A stretch of DNA of 63,927 nucleotides, filler included, from Octopus bimaculoides (GCF_001194135.2; 6 parts of 6 records of this genome joined end to end with filler, not necessarily neighbours in it); one strand, 5' to 3'; counted from the first letter of the whole stretch, positions 11,995 through 24,496 are shown. The notes: a model not told the origin generated them from the sequence alone. Numbers and translations are program-made.

Positions 11995-12215
11995 TGAAGG
12001 TCAGTTGGCAGAATTGTTAGCATGCAGTGCAAACAAAAACTCTTAGCGACATTTCGTCCGTTTTCAAGTTTTGAGTTCAAATTTCGCAGAGGTCAGTCGA
12101 CTTCACATTTCAACCTTTCGTTGTCGAGAAAAGAAGCGTCATTTGAGCACTGAGGTCTATGTAATCGACTTACACCCTTTCCTAAACTTGCTGGGTTTGT
12201 TCCAGAATTTGATTA
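11995..12215 (+). mobile_element. Decayed SINE family A
   Basis: gagttcaaatttcgcagaggtc...gtcgag...gagcactgaggtctatgtaatcgactt. Confidence 0.65.
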
Positions 12216-12957
12216 CAGTGACATTTTTACGAAAAACTATACTTGTCTAAAGACAACAGATTTCATTATGGAGGGATAAAACTCAACTATGTCAAATTGT
12301 GTAAGACATGCAATGACAACTACTATTCATACAATTAAACTTATTTATTATAGTTGTTCTCTTATTCTATAAATCTTGCTTGATTTTATGGATAATTAAA
12401 TCTAAAAAAATGTTTTTTATTAGTTGTGCTGAACTTTTTCTGATTCAGTTTTATCAAAAATTATCTTTCTGATCTTCACTTGTGATATAAGGTGTTTGCA
12501 AAACTAAATAATCTTTTATATGTTTCATTCTATTTTCAGAAAAATAGCTATTTATTTCTCTTTATTATTACTTGGGTATCGTTTTGCATTATATTTTACA
12601 TATTATTGTAGATTTTTACTCATACATTCAGAACACAGTAAAAATAACAATAAGTTACTATCCATTTCGTGTCAGCATTTGTATGCATTTTATTTTTTAT
12701 TTTATCTGATGAAATATGAATATCCATATTTAATGTCATGTATGAATGAATGTTTGTTCCAGATGGTATGCGCACAAAAGCGATTTTCACTTTCTTGCAA
12801 CAATAAAAGTGTTTGGGTGTCTGCTTGCAGTGGATGTGTAGGTTGTCGGTTTCTTACTCAGTCTCTCTCTCTCACTCTCTCTCACTTTCATTCTTTCTCA
12901 CTGTATATACACATGCATACATATGCATACAAACACCCCACACACGTATATATATGT

Positions 12958-13014
<57 letters not shown>

Positions 13015-13114
13015 NNNNNNNNNNNNNNNNNNNNNNNNNNNNNNNNNNNNNNNNNNNNTTAATTAATTAANNNNNNNNNNNNNNNNNNNNNNNNNNNNNN
13101 NNNNNNNNNNNNNN
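13015..13114. other. Artificial 100-bp scaffold spacer: 44 N + TTAATTAATTAA + 44 N
   Basis: The same layout recurs with the 12-mer at 42194, 50889, 61526 and 62756; the 12-mer puts stops in all six frames. Confidence 0.95.
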
Positions 13115-13153
<39 letters not shown>

Positions 13154-13517
13154 ATATATACACACATGGTTAACCTGAGACCCTGGTAGTAGCACTCTTG
13201 CCTAAAGTGTGTGAGCTGTGAAGAGAAAACTTTTTAACTACATTGCTCTGTCTGCCCCTTGTTAAATACAGTCATGTTGTCTCTATAAAAATTCCTAAAC
13301 GTGTTTAGCTAAATTACACAAAGAACAGACATTCTGACTTCACGTTGGTTGTCTTCCTTTGTATTAGACCATCACACTGTCACCAGCATTTACTGCGTCT
13401 GCTGAGTGTATTTCCACCCTTGTGGACACACCTTCTCCACATAGGTTTTTTCTCTCCCCACCATCACCAAACCAAACCAAAAATATTTCTATATCTTTAC
13501 TTTCCATTGTGTGTGTG

Positions 13518-13549
<32 letters not shown>

Positions 13550-13892
13550 CTGTAATCTCTTGTTATATTGCAATTCACCTGTCGTGGCTTATTAGTTAAG
13601 TTTATGTCAATAACTTTGTGGTGTTGTTTTGCATTTATAATAAAATGAATGTATACAAATTATAAAAATAATGAAAGAAATATACAGTACTGTTTCTGCT
13701 TCGTGGATTTTCACCTATCGTGATGGTGGTGGTCGGGGGTGGTGGGGTGGAACGTAACACTCACGATACTTGAGGGATTACTGTATACACACACACACAC
13801 ACAAGCATTTATGTGTATATATACAAGCACATACACACACACAAATACACATACATTCTTGAGGTACACTCAGATCTAAGTTTCTGTGCTCA

Positions 13893-14160
13893 TCATATCT
13901 TAAACAAGGGTCCACATGACCCTTGGAGGTCCATATAAGATTTTGTTGTTAAAATTTATCTGCAATAAATTAGTTATACATTTACAATACACAAAACATT
14001 TTAATATTTTTTTACAATTCCTAATAATATTCTTTATTATAAAAATACTGTAGGATTTTTTTTTTTAATATATATATACATCGAATGGCTATGGGGGTCC
14101 AGTACAGTAGAATAGGAATCAAAGGGATCCATCGGTAAAAAAGGGTTGAGAACCATTGTC
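13893..14160 (+). mobile_element. hAT-type MITE, copy 1 (left end decayed)
   Basis: agggtccacatgacccttggaggtccatataagatttt...gggttgagaaccattg; homologous to 23827-24496, 38478-38988 and 52975-53099. Confidence 0.7.
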
Positions 14161-14269
14161 TTACACTGTTGTGAATAAACAAGTTGTCATTAGCTATTCT
14201 CCTTTGCATGACTTACTAATTACATCGTTGATAATCAGCAAGTATGAATGCACTTGTGTATGTATACAT

Positions 14270-14530
14270 GCGTGTGTGTGTGAATGTCCTAACTGCTTGC
14301 CTTGACTTCACATGGAACTTGTAAATGAATGTGTCCATCTGTAAGTAGTGTCCTTCATTTCTAATCTTGCCTGAAAACATGTTTGGTCATGGGGAAATAT
14401 TTTATTACTTGGAAACAGGCGAGGGTTGGTGACAAGTAAGGCATCCAGCCGTTGGAAACTTGCCACAACAAATTCTGTCCAACCTATGTGACTGTGGAAA
14501 TGTGAACATTAAAGTGATGATGATGATGAT
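14270..14530 (+). mobile_element. SINE fragment with RTE-like 3' tail ending in (GAT)n (family G)
   Basis: gagggttggtgacaagtaaggcatccagccg...gtccaacctatg...cattaaagtgatgatgatg; the tail resembles 62200-62350. Confidence 0.6.
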
Positions 14531-14559
14531 ACGTATGTACACTTGCATGCTTATATAGG

Positions 14560-14703
14560 TGTTGGTGTGTTTGTCTCCATGACTTAGTAGTTCAGCAAAA
14601 GAGACTGATAGAATAAGTAAGTACTGAGATGAATTCATTCGACTAACATTCAAAACATTCAAGTAATGCCCCAGCATGGTCGCAGTCTAATGACTGAAAA
14701 CAA
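14560..14703 (+). mobile_element. SINE family C, 3' half, decayed
   Basis: ttagtagttcagcaaaagagactgatagaataagt...ccccagcatggtcgcagtctaatgactgaaa. Confidence 0.7.
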
Positions 14704-14751
14704 ATCTATATATATATGTAATGTATGTATACAAACATATATATATATGTA

Positions 14752-14945
14752 TTCTTTTATTTGTTTGTCAATTTACTGCGGCCATGCTGGAGCACCGCCT
14801 TTTTGGTTGAACAAATCGACCCCAGGACTTATTCCTTGTAAGCCTAGCACTTATTCTATCGGTCTCTTTTGTTGAACTGCTAAGTTACAGGATGTAAACA
14901 CAACATCGGTTGTCATGTGATGATGGGGGGGGACAAGCACAGACA
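14752..14945 (-). mobile_element. SINE family C, 3' half
   Basis: ctgcggccatgctggagcaccgcc...aaatcgaccccaggacttattc...ttattctatcggtctc. Confidence 0.8.
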
Positions 14946-15729
14946 CACAAAATATATACACACACATCATTATANNNNNNNNNNNNNNNNNNNNNNNNNN
15001 NNNNNNNNNNNNNNNNNNNNNNNNNNNNNNNNNNNNNNNNNNNNNNNNNNNNNNNNNNNNNNNNNNNNNNNNNNNNNNNNNNNNNNNNNNNNNNNNNNNN
15101 NNNNNNNNNNNNNNNNNNNNNNNNNNNNNNNNNNNNNNNNNNNNNNNNNNNNNNNNNNNNNNNNNNNNNNNNNNNNNNNNNNNNNNNNNNNNNNNNNNNN
15201 NNNNNNNNNNNNNNNNNNNNNNNNNNNNNNNNNNNNNNNNNNNNNNNNNNNNNNNNNNNNNNNNNNNNNNNNNNNNNNNNNNNNNNNNNNNNNNNNNNNN
15301 NNNNNNNNNNNNNNNNNNNNNNNNNNNNNNNNNNAATCATGTTTCTATTTGTGTATATGTATAAAATGTATATATATATGTATATATATTATCATCATCT
15401 ATATATTCATGTGTGTGTATGTATATATATCTGTGTGTAATATATATATATATATATGTATGTATATATAAAAGGTCATATGGACACTGACCGTGTGAAT
15501 AAGTGAAACAAGGTGCATGTGTGTGTGTGTGTGTGTGTAGTTTTTTTTTCGTATTTTCTCTGCTCTATTTCTTCCTGACCGGGGTTATCTCCCTTCCACT
15601 TTGTTCTGTTCGCTGCTTTCCTGCCAGTCTCTAATATATTCACTATTGATCTCCGCACTCTGTTTCGGCTTCATATCACTGTTTATCTGCACCACTGCCT
15701 GCTCGCTATCACCAAACTAATGAGGTCTG

Positions 15730-15765
<36 letters not shown>

Positions 15766-16393
15766 CCGGAGAGTGTATCTAGGAAATAGCACTAATGTGT
15801 GTATGCTTCTCTCGTTTTCTACATGTGTGTGTATGCTTGCTTTATCTGTGTCTGTCTAAGCTTGTGTGTGTGTGTGTGTGTGTGTGTGTATCTGTCTGTT
15901 TGTCTGTGTTTGTGTGTGTAATGTGCATGACTCCAATTGTGTACATGTCTTTGTGTGTGTGTTGGTGCTTGTGTGATGTCGACTTTGTGTCTGTATGTTG
16001 TGTGTGTGTGTTGTTGCCTGTGTGATGTCTACTTTGTGTGTGTGTGTGTGTGTGTGTGTATCTGTGCTTGTATGTGTGTGTGCCTGTGTGCCATTACATA
16101 TTCATGCCTTAGTTGCATTAGAAATTTTGGGCCCAGCACGGAACTGTTGAGGCATCAGTGTCTCACCATCAATGGAAAAGACCCAGTACCATTATAAAGG
16201 ATGAGCACTCTAGACAGTTGCCCAGACACTTCATGGATTCAGGGGACCCAATTCTGATATTTGTAAGCTGTACTTCGCAGTCAATAAATAATGTGGGGCC
16301 CTGTGCAGTGATTTGCCTCAAAGCCTATAAATGCTTCTAATTTTACCCAGAGTAGACCTTGACATCTGATGTTGGTGGATAAAAAGATGAAGA

Positions 16394-16437
<44 letters not shown>

Positions 16438-17108
16438 GAGCATGTGTTTCTCTAATTATGAATAATGAAAACCAGTGTCTGTTATTTATATTTAAATATG
16501 CATGGAGTTGGATGCGTACAAAAAAAAAAAAACTATATATTTTTTTAAAAAATAATCCTCACTTCATTCTCTCAAGAATAATGTTTGCTTTTCTTGCCTA
16601 AATAACATGATGGAATTAACCAAAGAAGTAATATAAATCTGTTTGTGTTAGCATACACACGTGCGTTTGNNNNNNNNNNNNNNNNNNNNNNNNNNNNNNN
16701 NNNNNNNNNNNNNNNNNNNNNNNNNNNNNNNNNNNNNNNNNNNNNNNNNNNNNNNNNNNNNNNNNNNNNNNNNNNNNNNNNNNNNNNNNNNNNNNNNNNN
16801 NNNNNNNNNNNNNNNNNNNNNNNNNNNNNNNNNNNNNNNNNNNNNNNNNNNNNNNNNNNNNNNNNNNNNNNNNNNNNNNNNNNNNNNNNNNNNNNNNNNN
16901 NNNNNNNNNNNNNNNNNNNNNNNNNNNNNNNNNNNNNNNNNNNNNNNNNNNNNNNNNNNNNNNNNNNNNNNNNNNNNNNNNNNNNNNNNNNNNNNNNNNN
17001 NNNNNNNNNNNNNNNNNNNNNNNNNNNNNNNNNNNNNNNNNNNNNNNNNNNNNNNNNNNNNNNNNNNNNNNNNNNNNNNNNNNNNNNNNNNNNNNNNNNN
17101 NNNNNNNT

Positions 17109-17379
17109 TTATTGAGCAAAAACATCTAAAGCTCTACGAGGCTCCGGCAGGGGATGGTCACAACTTTCTCTCACTCTTATTTCCTGCTTCTGTTGTGCCT
17201 GTAATTCAAAGGGTCAGCCTTGTCACACTGTGTCACGCTGAATATCCCCGAGAACTATGTTAAGGGTACACGTGTCTGTGGAGTGCTCAGCCACATGCAC
17301 GTTAATTTCACAAGCAGGCTGTTCCGTTGATCGGATCAACTGGAACCCTCGACGTCGTAAGCGACGGAATGCCAACAAC
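17109..17379 (+). mobile_element. SINE family B, 3' part (5' end lies in the gap)
   Basis: High similarity to the reverse complement of 1431-1720; ends gtcgtaagcgacggaatgccaacaac. Confidence 0.9.
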
Positions 17380-17874
17380 ATATACATATAATATGTGTGT
17401 GTGTGTGTTTAAAGGTAAAATCCAAAGATCAAGGTGTAGAAAGATAGTAAACTTTGAGCAGTCCACAGAAGGCTTAAAAAAAAATCAACTGTCAGGAACA
17501 ATAGTGGTTTATTGATTTAGAAGGTTGTAAATTGTTCCTGTATTGAAGTTCAATAAGCTGAAAAAATTGCTTTATAGCTTACGGTTAACAGCAGGGTTGC
17601 TGTGTATGCGACTAGAAATCCAAAATTAGGGAATGGAGAAGATAAAATACAGGCTACATATGTTTCATATCTACTGTATTCCCTAATTTCGAATACACAC
17701 ACACACACACACGCTTGCATATACTTTCATAAATATATTCACACATGCATACAGACGAATACTAGTTACAATTGGCTAAGCACCAGGCGGTCTCTTATTA
17801 TTTCTACTGGGATAGCTTTAATTGTATAACATTATCAAAAACAGCAACACACACACTCATGCATGCATAATCAT

Positions 17875-17914
<40 letters not shown>

Positions 17915-18194
17915 GTTCACATGTGTGTTGAAAGTACTTCAACATAAATTGACTTCTGTATCTAGTTTTCAGGAAGCACTAACCAGTTATAAGTGTTTGT
18001 GAGTCTTTCTTTAGAGCTTAAAACAAGCTAATAATTTACCCTTAATGGGTTAACAATTAGAACCATGTTATCTCTAGTACCTTGTGTGGAAATATTTGAA
18101 GAGAATTTGTTGATTACAATAACGATAAAGTCTACTTAGAAGCCCCAGCATAGTTTGTAAAAAAAAAGGGCCATGACTTAACTTCCATCTTTTA

Positions 18195-18810
18195 GCATTT
18201 ACATGTTTCAGTCATTGGACTGTGGCCATGCTGGGGCACCACCTCGAAAGGTTTTTAGTCGAGTGAAATGACCGATAGTTATTTTTTTCAAGGTCTGGTC
18301 TTCACTTTATCAGTTTATGTCAAATTGCTAAGTTAAAGGGATGTAAATAAGCCAATACTAGTTGTTAAGTGGTGATGGACAACCACAAGCACAAAGTTTC
18401 ACACACACACACACACACACGACAAACTTCCTACAGTTTCTTATTTCTTTATTGCCCACAAGGGGCTAAACATAGAGGGGACAGACAAAGGGATTAAGTC
18501 AATTACATTGACACCAGTGCATAACTGGTACTTATTTAATCGACCCCTGAAAGGATGAAAGGCTAAGTCGACCTCGGCGGAATTTTGAATTCAGAACGTA
18601 GCGGCAGACGAAATACCGCTAAGAATTTCGTCCGGTGTGCTAACGTTTCTGCCAGCTCGCCGCCTTGACTTCTTTCAGTTTCTGTCTACCAAATCCAGCC
18701 ACATAGCTTTGGTTGGTCCTGAGCTATAGAAGACATTTACCCAAGGTGCCCTACAGTAGGACCACGTGGTTGGGAAACAAGGTTCTTACCACAAAGCCAT
18801 GCCTGCACCT
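18195..18810 (-). mobile_element. SINE family C interrupted by an A-long SINE (18442-18667)
   Basis: C 3' half at 18195-18400 and C 5' half at 18668-18810; the A insert is flanked by acttcctacagtttct / acttctttcagtttct (14 of 16 identical). Confidence 0.8.
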
Positions 18811-20356
18811 GTGAAGCCACACCTTCGTCATTTATATATACATAGTCACTATACACTTTATTAGTGTACAGTCACTACATATACCCAACGACTATTGTAT
18901 ACTCGGCCACTATATATATACGCACACACACTTCTCCACGTCTGGCTGTACAGCCTTTTTGTTTGTTTATTTCACCGTGTTTTAATGGTGGCAGCTGATG
19001 AAGGATATGTTCTTTATGTGGCCTGCTTGTTTGTTGTACCTTGTTTATCATTTTGTCCATGTTCTTTTGCAACGTCATGTACCCATATACATGTAGATAA
19101 GGTATGTACATATATATGCATATATTCATATATTGTTTATATATATATATATATATATATAAATTTGGGCATGCGACAGTTTAACATAATAGCAACGAGA
19201 TTATATATATATATACATACATACATACATACATACATACACGCACACATACATACTCACTGTAATGACAGATGTTTATTAATCAAATTTGAAAACCCTC
19301 CCCTCACTCAAATCTCTTGCCAGCTTTATACAATATCTTCTGTTTAGCAACAAATTACATTTGATTCCTTCACTTAAGACGAATTTTCTTTACTGAGGGT
19401 TGAAACTGCGACACCGCCTCACACTGCCACCACCTCCTTTGTGTTAGGCCCTAATGGCATAAACATGACGCCGCCTCAGATGACAAACTTTTCCACAGTA
19501 TGGTTTTCGTGTTGAAGCTATAATTAAAATATTTCAATGTGGAAGTCATCGGATATTTTAATGCATTGGTATTAAAAGATTATTATAGAAACTGTTCTCA
19601 TTTCCTTGCTGCTACGTATTAATATTCGTTATAGGTTCCTTTTAATTAAGCTGAAATTAGAGAAGCGCCTGAAAATCTGATAGATTAAAAATAAAATTTT
19701 ATCTTTTTTGTATGTGTGTTTTTCATTCATTATTATGGATACTAAAAATATTAGGTGAAGGTTTAAAAGAAAAGACTTCTTTATTTTCTTTTCTGCTGTT
19801 AAAAATTTAAATATAGAAAAATGAAAAAGAAATTGAAATGAATTAGAGGAATATTTTTGTAGGTGTACATGCATACATACATACGTGTGTGTTATATATG
19901 TATATATATATATATCTATATATATCTATATATACGTACTCACACACACAAGAATATTCCACTAATTCATTTCAATTTATATATATGTGTGTATTTGTAT
20001 GTATGTATATATATAAAACAAAATGAAAGAGGTCTGGTGTTAGTGTGAAGTATTTGCATTTGTAATTTGACTTGCTTGTTTGTGTAACATAATAGCGGCA
20101 CTCACTCCCACAAGGCAACCAGCCCGGCTGAGATTCCTCTGTGGATTTGCTTGACCTCTTTTTAATGGTTTAATTAGAGAGAATGTAACGCCCTTGAAGC
20201 TTCACAGGACCTCTGAGATTGATGGCTGTAGAGGGAGCAATCTTCACACAGGAAACCTGGCTCAAATGCTTGCAACAAAGTAAACTTTGTTGAAAGCTTC
20301 AAAACAAAGTCCAAATGAGTATTGATGATGGCGGATTAAACCAGGTGGTGGTTTAA

Positions 20357-20900
20357 CCCTTTACTGTTTATGGGCGCAGGAGTGGCTGTGTGGTATGTAG
20401 CTTGCTTACCAACCACATGGTTCCGGGTTCAGTCCCACTGCGTGGCACATTGGGCAAGTGTCTTCTATTACAGCCTCAGGCCAACCAAAGCCTTGTGAAT
20501 GGATTTGGTAGATGGCGACTGAAAGAAGCCCGTCGTACATATGTATGTGGTGTGTGTATATGTTTGTGTTTCTGTGTTTGTCCCCCCGCCATCGCTTGAC
20601 AACCGATGCTGGTGTGTTTAGGTCCCCGTAACTTAGAAGGTTCAGCAAAAGAGACCGATAGAATAAGTACTAGGCTTACAAAGAATAAGTGCTGGGGTCG
20701 ATTTGATTTGATTTGACTGCATGGCTGCAGTCAAATGACCGAAACAAATAAAAGAATAAAACCAGCCATATCCAGCCCAAATATTCTACCTGTTTTATAT
20801 TCAAACTGACCAGATGTGACCTCTCACACCAATCCTACAATATCATTCTAAAATTTTAAGTTACCTCATGAAAATTTCAAAGCTCCAAGACTTCTGCTAA
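20357..20900 (+). mobile_element. piggyBac-type MITE remnant interrupted by a full-length SINE C (20372-20760)
   Basis: ttaaccctt at 20353; the body resumes after the SINE as ccatatccagcccaaatattctacctgttttatattca, matching 29427-29475; SINE C head ggcgcaggagtggctgtgtgg. Confidence 0.7.
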
Positions 20901-21489
20901 ATTTACTCATGAATTCCAAATTTGCTCACAAGGCTTTGGACGACCTAGGGTTATAGTAGAAAGCACTTGCCCAAGATGCCATACAATTGAACTGAACCTG
21001 GAACTATATATGTATATATATATATATATCAATGTATGTGTGTGTGTGTGTGTCTTTGAGTTTGATCTTCCTCATCGCTTCACAGTCAGTGCTGGTCTCT
21101 TTGCATGTTTGTAACTTAGCAGTTTGGCAAAAGATAAAAGAAAAAAAGAAACTATATTTACAGCCTGCAAAGTTGAGAGGTCATTTCGCATCGTACGAAG
21201 TGTCTGTTAGGGTTATGAATTATATGGTGCAGTGGCCATTTGAGCTAGATAGAATCTAGAGTAGTGTTACGCCTGCTAAGAGCTCGGAATTATGTGTTTG
21301 CGAATATTCTAGAATTTAATTCAACCACCAAGTGATGAAAAAAAATGCTATAGATATCCTCAATATGCAATGCTGAATAAGATGTGGATGGGCTTCATTT
21401 ATGTTGATTTTATAGTCTTTCTGTCAATCAGGCACAGCAAAACGTACATACATTAACAAATACGTAATAGATGTATTTTAATAACAATA

Positions 21490-21522
<33 letters not shown>

Positions 21523-21761
21523 TCTCTATTTCAGGGTTTCTATTTATTTTAGTTCATATTTAATGGCTTTATTATTATGAATGTGAATTTTTTTATGTGC
21601 TTACTCAGTTCTCAGCTAAAAATGCTTCATTTGTACACAAAGACCTATTTTCATTATCTTTGTGATATTATTTCTAGTACAATGTTTATAAACATGTTTA
21701 TATATATATGTGTGTGTGTGTGTGTGTGAATACATATAGATATATAAACATATATATTTAC

Positions 21762-21796
<35 letters not shown>

Positions 21797-22784
21797 NNNN
21801 NNNNNNNNNNNNNNNNNNNNNNNNNNNNNNNNNNNNNNNNNNNNNNNNNNNNNNNNNNNNNNNNNNNNNNNNNNNNNNNNNNNNNNNNNNNNNNNNNNNN
21901 NNNNNNNNNNNNNNNNNNNNNNNNNNNNNNNNNNNNNNNNNNNNNNNNNNNNNNNNNNNNNNNNNNNNNNNNNNNNNNNNNNNNNNNNNNNNNNNNNNNN
22001 NNNNNNNNNNNNNNNNNNNNNNNNNNNNNNNNNNNNNNNNNNNNNNNNNNNNNNNNNNNNNNNNNNNNNNNNNNNNNNNNNNNNNNNNNNNNNNNNNNNN
22101 NNNTATATGTGTGTGTGTGTGTGTGTGTGAATACATATAGATATATAAACATATATATATATACACACATATATATATGTATATTTGTTTTATATGTATG
22201 TATTTATGTATATATACACAGACATGTAAAGTAGTTGACTCATTGCTTCACCTATCACTAATGGATCTCTAAGATAACTCTCTGTGGTGCCTTGTATGTA
22301 AATAAGGTTTGTGTCCAACATTAAGTATTTTTCCTCCCTATTCAAACATTTCATGCTTGATAAACCCTAACATAATAGAGGCCCTACTTCTCTGGGGTTT
22401 TGTAGCATACAAGATCAAAAGTTCCCGACATATCAACTTCTCCTTTTCCTGTGTGACTAGGAATAATTTGGATTCATTAGGGAGAGTGGAAGATACAAGA
22501 GGGATGCAGACGATGGGGGAGTGGGGAAAATTTCTTATTTGTCCATAGGTCAAAGGTCACCACAACATGCCTTCAATGAAAGTTACTTAGTTGCTTCCTC
22601 TGTATCATCATCATCATCATCATCATCATATGTTATAGTAGGTGGGGCATTATGATAATCTATGCATAACACACACACTGAAGTGTGTATGTTAACCAGG
22701 ACAAACAGAAGAAAGTGAACTCAATACTGGTGTTGCAATAGAGTGCAAAATATAATGTATGTTAGAATATTATACCTACCAGGC

Positions 22785-22920
22785 TTCTTTCGGTTTCCGT
22801 CTACCAAATTCACTCACAAGGCTTGGTCGGCCCAAGGCTAGCAGAAGATACTTGCCCAAGGTGCCACGCAGTGGGACCATGTGGTTGGGAAGCAAGCTTC
22901 TTACCACACAGACACTCGGG
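22785..22920 (-). mobile_element. SINE family C, 5' half
   Basis: ggcttctttcggtttccgtctaccaaattcactcacaaggc...cttgcccaaggtgccacgcagtgggacc. Confidence 0.8.
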
Positions 22921-23021
22921 GCACCTATGTAAAAGAAATATATAGTATTTTTTTACAATTAAACATTATTAATTTTTTTTTTAATGTACGTGTGTATATA
23001 TGTGTATACTTGTAGACGTAT

Positions 23022-23252
23022 TATTTCTTTACTACCCACAAGGGGCTACACACAGGGGGGGACAAGCAAGGACAGACAAACGGATTAAGTCGATTATATC
23101 GACCCCAGTGCGTAACTGGTACTTATTTAATCGACCCCGAAAGGATGAAAGGCAAAGCCGACCTCGGCGGAATTTGAACTCAGAACGTAGCGGCAGACGA
23201 AATACCGCTAAGCATTTCGCCCAGCGTGCTAACGTTTCTGCCAGCTCGCCAC
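23022..23252 (-). mobile_element. SINE family A-long with 13-bp TSD
   Basis: cttgtagacgtat at 23009-23021 and 23253-23265. Confidence 0.9.
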
Positions 23253-23261
23253 CTTGTAGAC

Positions 23262-23330
<69 letters not shown>

Positions 23331-23826
23331 TATATATACAGGCTTCTTTCAGTTTCTATCTGCCAGATGTACTCAGAACACCTTCGTCAAAATGTCACTT
23401 GGCCAAGGTGCCATACTGTGAGACTGAACCCAGAATCCTTTACTACGTTACTACTAAAACTTTAACACATGCAAAGTATATATATGGGAGTGATCAGATA
23501 ACACGTAGTGAATTGTGTTGAATGATGTTATAACCGTAGAGGACGGAGTTGTAAGAGTTTCATACCAAGCAATCATTAACAGTTTTGAATTTCATCAAAG
23601 GCAATTATGCTACTCAAGCAGTAAGCATTTCCAAAGGTCGTCACTTTTAGTATTTTCATTTATTATGTCAAAGAAGGGAAGTAATTATACTTAACTAGAC
23701 GGTCATGGGTCTCAGTGTACTCCGTTAATATGGAGCACTGCTGATTAAGGAACAGATGACTGCAGGCTTTGTCCAACTGAGAAGTTCACCATTAGAGACT
23801 GAAGCATCCATAAATATTCTTGAAAT

Positions 23827-24496
23827 CTGTGTTTCTCAACCATTTTTTTTTTTTTTTACCTATGGACCCCTTTGATTTCTATTATACTTAGATGTAACCT
23901 CCTAGCCATCTGATGTTTAAAAATATATATATATATATTTTTATAATTAAATGTTTATTAGGAATGACTCTTACTTGTTTCAGTCATTTGACTGCCGCCA
24001 TGCTGGAGCACCACCTGTTAGTCGAGCAAATCGACCCCAGGACTTATTCTTTGGAAGCCTAGTACTTATTCTATTGGTCTTTTTTGCCGAACCCTCTAAG
24101 TTACGGGGACGTAAACACACCACCATCGGTTGTCAAGCGATGGTGGGGGGACAAACACAAACATATACACACGCATACATATATATATATATATACATAT
24201 ATATACGATGGGCTTCTTTCAGTTTCCGTCTACCAAATCCACTCACAAGGCTTTGGTCGGCCTGAGGCTATAGTAGAAGACACTTGCCCAAGATGCCATG
24301 CAGTGGGACTGAACGCGGAACCATGTGGTTCGTAAGCAAGTTACTTACCACACAGCCACTCCTACGCCTAATTGTTTTTTAAAATTCTTAAAATATTTTG
24401 TATATTGTAGAAGTATAATTTATTGCAAATAAATTTGAACAACAAAATCTTATATGGACCCAGAAGGGCCATATGGACCACAGTTGAGAACCACTT
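23827..24496 (-). mobile_element. hAT-type MITE, copy 2, interrupted by a full-length SINE C (about 23972-24368)
   Basis: Ends ctgtgtttctcaacc / gttgagaaccactt; 8-bp flanks cttgaaat (23819-26) and ctttaaat (24497-504). Confidence 0.8.

Noticed and set aside
16110-16340. gggccc-bounded segment as a MITE
   Set aside because: The terminal inverted match is too short, there is no TSD, and there is no second copy in the window
18998-19060. CTGATGA as a hammerhead core or C/D snoRNA box C (also at about 31035)
   Set aside because: No downstream GAAA with a stem II, and no box D with a terminal stem at a suitable distance
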